64,000 nt of DNA, taken from positions 1-64,000 of IMG/VR virus record IMGVR_UViG_3300045974_000156. The stretch is one strand, 5' to 3'. Source of the DNA: a virus. The position numbers and the translations under genes are program-made. Position 1 is the first letter of the stretch. Every line of letters starts with the position of its first letter. Of this stretch, positions 58,417 to 64,000 are shown one piece after another. Below the pieces are notes generated by a model. It was not told where the DNA came from, did no database searches, and worked only from the letters and a program-made list of their open reading frames with translations.

Positions 58417-59066
58417 TGTCAGCCTTCATAAATGCAGCAAACGCTTATATAAGCGCCACTTATGTCACTACTGCCACCCAACCCTTGACCATCATGTGTA
58501 GGTTTAATCTACCTAGCATTGTGGTTAGGTACCGAGATATCATATCATTGGATCCAAACATAACTCTGCAAACATTCACTGACGGGATCACTCTAAATTT
58601 CGGAACCGGTAACTCAGATAATCTAGGACCACTGCTGGCTATCAATACTTGGTATCACGCAGCATATGTATGCGTACCTACATCGACAACATCTAGACAG
58701 ATATATGGGTACCTGAACGGGGACTTGGTGGTAAACGTAACCGACACAGCGTCTACATTTGCAGCAACTACAAGGCTAGTTGTAGGTAATAATAGAGTAT
58801 CTACAAACGCTGGTCTACAGGGGCAAATTAGAGATGTTCGCGTTTGGAACCGAGCCCTTACAGCAACAAATATACTGGAAGAAAAGAATTCAGTAGTCCC
58901 TTTTAATGACGAGGGTCTAATTTCATTTCTTCCCTTGGACACTAGTCTAGTGAGGGATCAAGGTAGTTCTCGGTTTGTATGGACTAATACCGCAGGAGTA
59001 ACTTTGCAGCATGGTGGTATGCGAGGCTCTTATCCTTCCCGCAATCCCCGTACATTAAGATTTTAG
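58416..59066 (+). CDS. LamG/concanavalin-A-like lectin domain protein
   Basis: TIMCRF, NTWYHAA, YLNG, L.VG, GQIRDVRVWNRALT..I, GLISFLPL. Start revised to 58416 (TAATG). Confidence 0.85.
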   Translation: MSAFINAANAYISATYVTTATQPLTIMCRFNLPSIVVRYRDIISLDPNITLQTFTDGITLNFGTGNSDNLGPLLAINTWYHAAYVCVPTSTTSRQIYGYLNGDLVVNVTDTASTFAATTRLVVGNNRVSTNAGLQGQIRDVRVWNRALTATNILEEKNSVVPFNDEGLISFLPLDTSLVRDQGSSRFVWTNTAGVTLQHGGMRGSYPSRNPRTLRF

Positions 59067-59075
59067 GAGACCAAG

Positions 59076-60128
59076 ATGGCAAACCAAATCGTAACACTCA
59101 GGACCAGCACCAGTAGCGACGGTAGCTTTACTGTATCTGGCGTATTTTGGCTACCAGCCCCCACTGGCAACGTAGTTCCACAACCCACGTTCACCAGCCA
59201 TGTTCCTTTTATAGATTCCGATACGCTATTGGCACTACAACTAGGCACCTTCGTGGAGGTCCCTTTCACTTCAGGACAATATCCACAGGGAACAAGCGCC
59301 ACTGATATACAGTCAGATCTTGTCAGCAGGTATGACGCCGCCCAGACACAACTAATGAATGCGTCCGTAGGTAGTTCTGCTGCAAGTGTATTCGATAAGA
59401 CTAGTTGGAAATCATGGACCCCGGCTTGCCCATCAGTTCCAGTAAAAGGCTCACCGGTCAGCGTAGGAGCACCCTCTCAGGCAGACGGTAGCCCTTATTT
59501 TAGCCCCTGCATGTTCCCATCAGGAGTATTTTTGTATGTAACAGGTGCCGATGATACCGGGGCACCCTTTTCTGATATAAGTGATGTAGCCGGGGATGAG
59601 ATATCTACATTTTCATTTAATGACTGGATCCTGATAGCTGGCGGCGGTATTATTTTCCAAGGTGCCCAGGTTGGTGATTATTTGACCTTCCAAGTGTATT
59701 GCCCAGCGACACCGGTTACACCTAACTTAACTAATACAGGAAACTGTAATGTAGTGAGTGGCGTAATAGTCCCGGCTGCCGGGAATGGTTCTTATAACGT
59801 AGACCTAACCCTAGCCAATCCAATTCTGACACCCTCTAAGAACGGCTACTGGGAGTGGGATTTCCCCAATACAGGCAGAGGTAATGTCGCGGCTGGTGTT
59901 CCTGGTGAAGCAGGGGCTCAATTAGTAGCCGCCGATGTACCCTTGGCTCAGTTCGCAAACAGGTATCAGCTATTAGGCTCAGGAATAGTTGATTTTACAA
60001 TCCCGGCAATTCAGCCCAAGATTTGCTTACCACACTGGAAAATAAAGACGACGCTGCATAATTCAGGACATACTGGGCTCAAGGCAGTATGGCATATGAC
60101 TACCGCAAGAGTACAGACTATACACTAA
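59076..60128 (+). CDS. hypothetical beta-rich virion protein
   Basis: AGGAG RBS; within the structural module. Confidence 0.65.
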   Translation: MANQIVTLRTSTSSDGSFTVSGVFWLPAPTGNVVPQPTFTSHVPFIDSDTLLALQLGTFVEVPFTSGQYPQGTSATDIQSDLVSRYDAAQTQLMNASVGSSAASVFDKTSWKSWTPACPSVPVKGSPVSVGAPSQADGSPYFSPCMFPSGVFLYVTGADDTGAPFSDISDVAGDEISTFSFNDWILIAGGGIIFQGAQVGDYLTFQVYCPATPVTPNLTNTGNCNVVSGVIVPAAGNGSYNVDLTLANPILTPSKNGYWEWDFPNTGRGNVAAGVPGEAGAQLVAADVPLAQFANRYQLLGSGIVDFTIPAIQPKICLPHWKIKTTLHNSGHTGLKAVWHMTTARVQTIH

Positions 60129-60137
60129 GAGGTGTTT

Positions 60138-60443
60138 ATGGACTGGTTATGGCCAATCAAAACAGGTAAGACGTTCTTCGATTACTGGTCCCTTATTCAT
60201 TTTTTCTTCTGGGCGGTGGTGGGATCTACGTTCGCCCACACAGCAATGGGGCGCACTAAGGTCTTCGGCATATGTATGGCACTAGCCTACTTGTGGGAAT
60301 TTATGGAGCGTTATCTGGAAGTTAAGTACCCTAATGTGTTTCTGACTCCAGAGAGTTGGGTAAACTCTTATGTCAGTGATCCTCTGATGTGTGTAATTGG
60401 ACTCCTGGTAGCTTGGTACGGGTTTGATAACTGGAGACCGTAG
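60138..60443 (+). CDS. small integral membrane protein with D-x-WS-x-x-H / WE-x-x-E / E..N...D motifs
   Basis: Three hydrophobic segments carrying FDYWSLIH, YLWEFME and PESWVNSYVSD, as in small membrane metallohydrolase-like families. Start 60132 (GTG) or 60138. Confidence 0.65.
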   Translation: MDWLWPIKTGKTFFDYWSLIHFFFWAVVGSTFAHTAMGRTKVFGICMALAYLWEFMERYLEVKYPNVFLTPESWVNSYVSDPLMCVIGLLVAWYGFDNWRP

Positions 60444-60444
60444 T

Positions 60445-60798
60445 ATGACCCACCGCATATTAGTGGTAGACGACGATCTAGTTAATAGGAAGATACTAAA
60501 ACATCTCGTTGAGCGTAGAGGTCACAGGGTAGACCTAGCCATCGACGGTCTTAGAGCCTTGACTATGGCTAACGTGGAAAACTACTCACTAATACTTTTA
60601 GATATCAGTATGCCTGACATGGATGGTATAGAGGTCGCAACTATTCTACGAGAGACAGGGCTAAAAATCCCGATCATTGCTGTCACAGCCACCTCTAATC
60701 TAAAATCCCAATGTTTAGAGGTGGGCATGAACGGGTTTATAGATAAACCTATAAATACTGTTGAATTAGATGAGATTTTAAATAAATGGTGTTCTTAA
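60445..60798 (+). CDS. stand-alone CheY-like response regulator receiver
   Basis: RILVVDDD, LILLDISMPDMDG (phospho-Asp), IIAVTA, FIDKP. GGAG RBS; start revised to 60445. Confidence 0.93.
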   Translation: MTHRILVVDDDLVNRKILKHLVERRGHRVDLAIDGLRALTMANVENYSLILLDISMPDMDGIEVATILRETGLKIPIIAVTATSNLKSQCLEVGMNGFIDKPINTVELDEILNKWCS

Positions 60799-60824
60799 AG
60801 TTACCGTAGAAAGTGGGTCCATAA

Positions 60825-61319
60825 ATGACAACCAAGATAGGATTCTCCACCCCTAACTGGTTTAACCCAGTATCTTGGGTGATCAGAAAGATAACGAAAT
60901 CCAAGTGCAGCCACGCCTGGTTCCTGTATCACGATCAGGATTGGGACGCCGATATGGTCATGGAGGCTCACGAGTTAGGTTTTCGCCTTATACCCTATGA
61001 GCATTTCAAGATGAACAACATAGTGGTAGGTGTATTTACACCGCAGCACTCGATAGATGAAGGCATGAAGAGAGTTGCCCTAGAGTATCTTGGTACTCAC
61101 TATAATTATCTAGGGTTATTTGGCATGACTGTGGTAAAGTTAGGTCAGTGGCTGAAGCGAAAATGGAATAACCCTTATAGGACATCCGGTAGCGTTTTTT
61201 GTTCCGAGGCTGTATGCTTGGCTATGCAGTGGTCTAAGGGTTATGAATATTTCGCAGAAGACTCAGAGTCCATGGATCCTGAAACATTGATGGAGCTAAT
61301 GGAGAAAGGTGCCGTCTAG
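60825..61319 (+). CDS. permuted papain-like NlpC/P60 (YiiX/YebB-like) amidase/peptidase
   Basis: IRKITKSKCSHAWF (His), VMEA, LGTHYNY, VFCSEAV (C-terminal catalytic Cys), P..L. Confidence 0.82.
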   Translation: MTTKIGFSTPNWFNPVSWVIRKITKSKCSHAWFLYHDQDWDADMVMEAHELGFRLIPYEHFKMNNIVVGVFTPQHSIDEGMKRVALEYLGTHYNYLGLFGMTVVKLGQWLKRKWNNPYRTSGSVFCSEAVCLAMQWSKGYEYFAEDSESMDPETLMELMEKGAV

Positions 61320-61976
61320 ATGTCTGATCGTATCCAGACAGGTCAATCCGAAACCGTCGAGTTCTTGGCGGTAGATAATAATGCTGCGTTCATAACAGGC
61401 GCAACAGATATAGTCATAATGGTTAGGCGCGAGTCAGACCAGTTTATACTGGATTGGTCAGACGATACTTTTAAGCATTCAGGGTGGACTAGCCCAAACT
61501 GGACACTGACCGAAGTAGATAGCGTTAACTGCCCTGGACAGTACAGACTAACCAAAACAGGGCATCTGAATGGATTTAACCCGAGTTCTATTACCAATCT
61601 GACGCCGAATGATGACTATTATTTTGTAGTTTTTCAAAAACCAGGTGTATCTACCCGAGCCAGTAATCTACCAGCCACAGGCGAACTCAAGGTTGGTCAA
61701 TATCTAGATATGTTGACACCGTTAGCTATAGCCAGTGCAATATGGAATGCTCAGGAAAACAGCCATCAGCTAGCGGGAAGCCTAGGGCGAGCACTTTCTA
61801 TGGTTAGGAAGTCAAGGACAAATAGAGAAATTGTCTCAGTAGGTAAACATTCCAATTTCGTTCTCTACGACGACGATTCTATTACCCCTATACTGGTATC
61901 TGATGTAACTGGTCCCAGCGGGGAGGCTATCAGTATCCCAAGTGGAACACCGTCTAATAGAACCAAAGGAGCCTAA
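61320..61976 (+). CDS. hypothetical virion protein
   Basis: Abuts the upstream gene; IASAIWN...GSLGRAL and VLYDDD..TP motifs typical of phage structural proteins. Confidence 0.65.
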   Translation: MSDRIQTGQSETVEFLAVDNNAAFITGATDIVIMVRRESDQFILDWSDDTFKHSGWTSPNWTLTEVDSVNCPGQYRLTKTGHLNGFNPSSITNLTPNDDYYFVVFQKPGVSTRASNLPATGELKVGQYLDMLTPLAIASAIWNAQENSHQLAGSLGRALSMVRKSRTNREIVSVGKHSNFVLYDDDSITPILVSDVTGPSGEAISIPSGTPSNRTKGA

Positions 61977-61978
61977 TC

Positions 61979-62605
61979 ATGGTTACCAATGGTCTAGGGG
62001 TCGGTGGGTTAGTAACCGAGGTCCTTGCGTTCCACAGGTATCCTTTTAGGAAGGTTTGTCCGCAGCCACTACAGATACCAATGTCAAACTACCCATCGGC
62101 AGTACCGATGGGGATGCCCTCTCAGCCAAGCCCCGCCGCGTTTATTGACTCTGGACGTAGCAAAGTCTTTGTATTGCAATCTAGCAGCGTGAATATACAG
62201 CCGATGTCTCAAGCGGGAGCATCACAGCCCCTTGTTTACTTTGCTCAGGCACCAAAGACATTTACACTAGTTCCCGGGACCCTGAATTCTATGAAATTCG
62301 ACGGATCCAAGCCTCTTGGAGTGCCCACCATCGCTCTCCAGGCTGCACAGGCTAATACACCGATGCCTATGGGCTCACCTCCAGAGGTCAGGACAATGCC
62401 CAGCGGCATACCCGCCGATCAAGGTATTACTATGTTGGCTAAGGGTGAAGCCGCCGGGGTATATAAATTGGAATTAACTCCCCCGGCTTCCCCTACACAC
62501 CCAGAGCCAGACCCAAGCGAGATACAAAACCAAGATGTTTACGGATTATTGAAGCTGCCTACCGTGATTATACCTGAGGTAGACTGTGGATGCGATGATT
62601 GTTAA
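61979..62605 (+). CDS. Pro-rich hypothetical protein
   Basis: AAGGAG RBS; MVTNGLG..GLVT N-terminus; ends DCGCDDC. Confidence 0.6.
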   Translation: MVTNGLGVGGLVTEVLAFHRYPFRKVCPQPLQIPMSNYPSAVPMGMPSQPSPAAFIDSGRSKVFVLQSSSVNIQPMSQAGASQPLVYFAQAPKTFTLVPGTLNSMKFDGSKPLGVPTIALQAAQANTPMPMGSPPEVRTMPSGIPADQGITMLAKGEAAGVYKLELTPPASPTHPEPDPSEIQNQDVYGLLKLPTVIIPEVDCGCDDC

Positions 62606-62634
62606 GTGAACAACCCCTTGTTTTATGGTATTAT
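62606..62634 (+). promoter_or_regulatory. extended -10 promoter for the neck gene
   Basis: GTGAAC-17 bp-TATTAT with extended TG. Confidence 0.5.
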
Positions 62635-62666
62635 TGCCAGTAGTTTATCTTTGATCCGGAGCCATC

Positions 62667-63425
62667 ATGCAGAATGAAAGAATGACCAAGGAGGAGATTC
62701 AGACTTGGTGTCTTCATAAACTTGGTGCGCCTTTTACCAAAGTTGAGATTGGTCAAGAAAATCTAGATTATTGTGTAGAAGAGGCTTGTCGTTGGTTTAG
62801 TGCCAAAAAAGGTTATAAAGAGACAATAACAGTTGCTGTTGGTGGCGGTGTAGCCCTATATGATCTGCCAGATCAGGTAGATACAGTTCTGGATTGCACC
62901 TTTTCATCAAGCACACTCGATTATTCTTATCTTGTGGACCCAATGAGCCTAATCGGTGGGCAGATCCCTACTGCAATGTTTGGTTACGGTGGTAGTGGTA
63001 ATATGGGCGGAATGGGTGGTGGGGATTCTGGTGGGTTCTTATCTTCTTATGCTCAATTTACACAATATCTAGGCATGGCGAAGAGAATCCTCAATGCAGA
63101 ATCTGATTGGGTTCAGGTAAATAGGCAACTCCTGGTTCTCCCACCCCCAAGACAGTCAGGTCTTATCGTGATGGAGTACAAGACACACGCCTTCACAGTA
63201 GAGAAGCTTAATGAACGTGATCATGACCTAGTTAAGAGAAAGGTCCTGTGCCTAGTAAAAGAATTCGTAGGGCGTGTACGCTCTAAGTTTGGAAATTATC
63301 CTACAGCACAAGGGCAGGAAGCTGTAGATGGTGGTGCGTTATTACAAGAATCCGAAAAAGAATTCCAGCTACTCGAAGAAGAGATTTTCAACTCAGGCTT
63401 CCCAATGGGAATTCTCGTCGGCTAA
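62667..63425 (+). CDS. gp13: neck protein, T4 gp13-like
   Basis: CLHKLGAPFTKVEI..ENLDYCVEEA and KE.VGRVRSKF...P.......DG..L..E...E...LEEE....P...G match gp13 motifs. Confidence 0.85.
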   Translation: MQNERMTKEEIQTWCLHKLGAPFTKVEIGQENLDYCVEEACRWFSAKKGYKETITVAVGGGVALYDLPDQVDTVLDCTFSSSTLDYSYLVDPMSLIGGQIPTAMFGYGGSGNMGGMGGGDSGGFLSSYAQFTQYLGMAKRILNAESDWVQVNRQLLVLPPPRQSGLIVMEYKTHAFTVEKLNERDHDLVKRKVLCLVKEFVGRVRSKFGNYPTAQGQEAVDGGALLQESEKEFQLLEEEIFNSGFPMGILVG

Positions 63426-63426
63426 A

Positions 63427-63455
63427 TTGACCTCATTGAGAAACCACTGTATATT
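63427..63455 (+). promoter_or_regulatory. sigma70-like promoter giving a leaderless transcript
   Basis: TTGACC-17 bp-TATATT, then 6 nt, then ATG (63462); no SD. Confidence 0.7.
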
Positions 63456-63461
63456 ACTTAT

Positions 63462-64000
63462 ATGCCAAGATCAAAAGAACAACTAAAGGCGTATCAGAGA
63501 GAATATGCCGAGAAAAACAGAGAGAAGATCCGCAAGTACAGCCGAGAGTGGTTAGCTAAGAAGCGTGCTGAGAATCCTGAAAAATATAAAAAACGCAGTA
63601 AGGAGTACAGAGAGGCTAATGCAGAAAAAATCAGGGAGTATGAGAGGCTCAGGTCTATAAAAAGACGGGACTCTGACCCTGAGGGTCATAGAACTTATAT
63701 GAGAAAATACAAGGAGGAGAATCGAGAAAAACTAAACGAGCAGAGTAGGCTTTGGGCTGCCGAACAGCGGGCTACCAATCCGGAATTTAAGTCTAGAGAG
63801 TTAGCCAACAGTAGGAAATTTGAGAAAAGGAATTTCATGAAGCGACGAGAGACTAAACTTTTAGAGAAATACGGTATAACTAATGATGATTATGACCGTA
63901 TGCTAGAACTACAGGACGGTAAGTGCGCCATATGTGGGACAACAGAGCCAGGAGCTAAAAAGAAATACTTTTGCGTCGATCATTGCCATACCACTAAAAA
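63462..64000 (+). CDS. endonuclease VII-like (HNH) homing endonuclease, partial (runs off the window; not in the ORF track)
   Basis: Hand translation: [26 protein letters not shown]... charged helical repeats, then [29 protein letters not shown]...FCVDHCH. Confidence 0.88.
   Translation, partial: MPRSKEQLKAYQREYAEKNREKIRKYSREWLAKKRAENPEKYKKRSKEYREANAEKIREYERLRSIKRRDSDPEGHRTYMRKYKEENREKLNEQSRLWAAEQRATNPEFKSRELANSRKFEKRNFMKRRETKLLEKYGITNDDYDRMLELQDGKCAICGTTEPGAKKKYFCVDHCHTTK

Noticed and set aside
60750-60757. T4 late promoter TATAAATA (also at ~24146 and ~38886)
   Set aside because: All copies noticed lie inside coding sequence, not in leaders of the major structural genes.
1-64000. Stop-codon reassignment (alternative genetic code)
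   Set aside because: Conserved genes are full-length in the standard code, coding density is high, and TAA, TAG and TGA all end genes.

Overview
This 64-kb window is the head/neck morphogenesis region of a large T4-like (probably jumbo) tailed phage, almost entirely on the + strand. The conserved core runs small terminase (putative), TerL, gp20-like portal, prohead core proteins, a gp21-like protease fused to a scaffold, gp23-like major capsid protein and gp13-like neck protein. Two large accessory modules interrupt it. Module 1 (8.8-42.5 kb) separates the protease from the capsid gene. It encodes two small fibre-subunit-like proteins, a glycosyltransferase, two methyltransferases, three Cys-rich 7-bladed beta-propellers, and two giant proteins (6283 and 2137 aa) built on an acidic ~20-aa repeat. 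One copy of that repeat also forms the N-terminal arm of the highly expressed 192-aa subunit, which suggests a templated, possibly glycosylated virion filament system. Module 2 (48.7-62.6 kb) encodes capsid-fibre-like proteins, a 1984-aa modular Ser/Thr/Ala-rich repeat protein, a LamG domain, a response-regulator receiver and a permuted NlpC/P60 enzyme. Other signals: a probable -1 frameshift extending a prohead core protein, four homing-endonuclease families (one fused to a DNA methyltransferase), and a recurring design in which sigma70-like -10 regions form hairpins over the downstream ribosome-binding site. All calls come from motif recognition by eye; no searches or folding were run.
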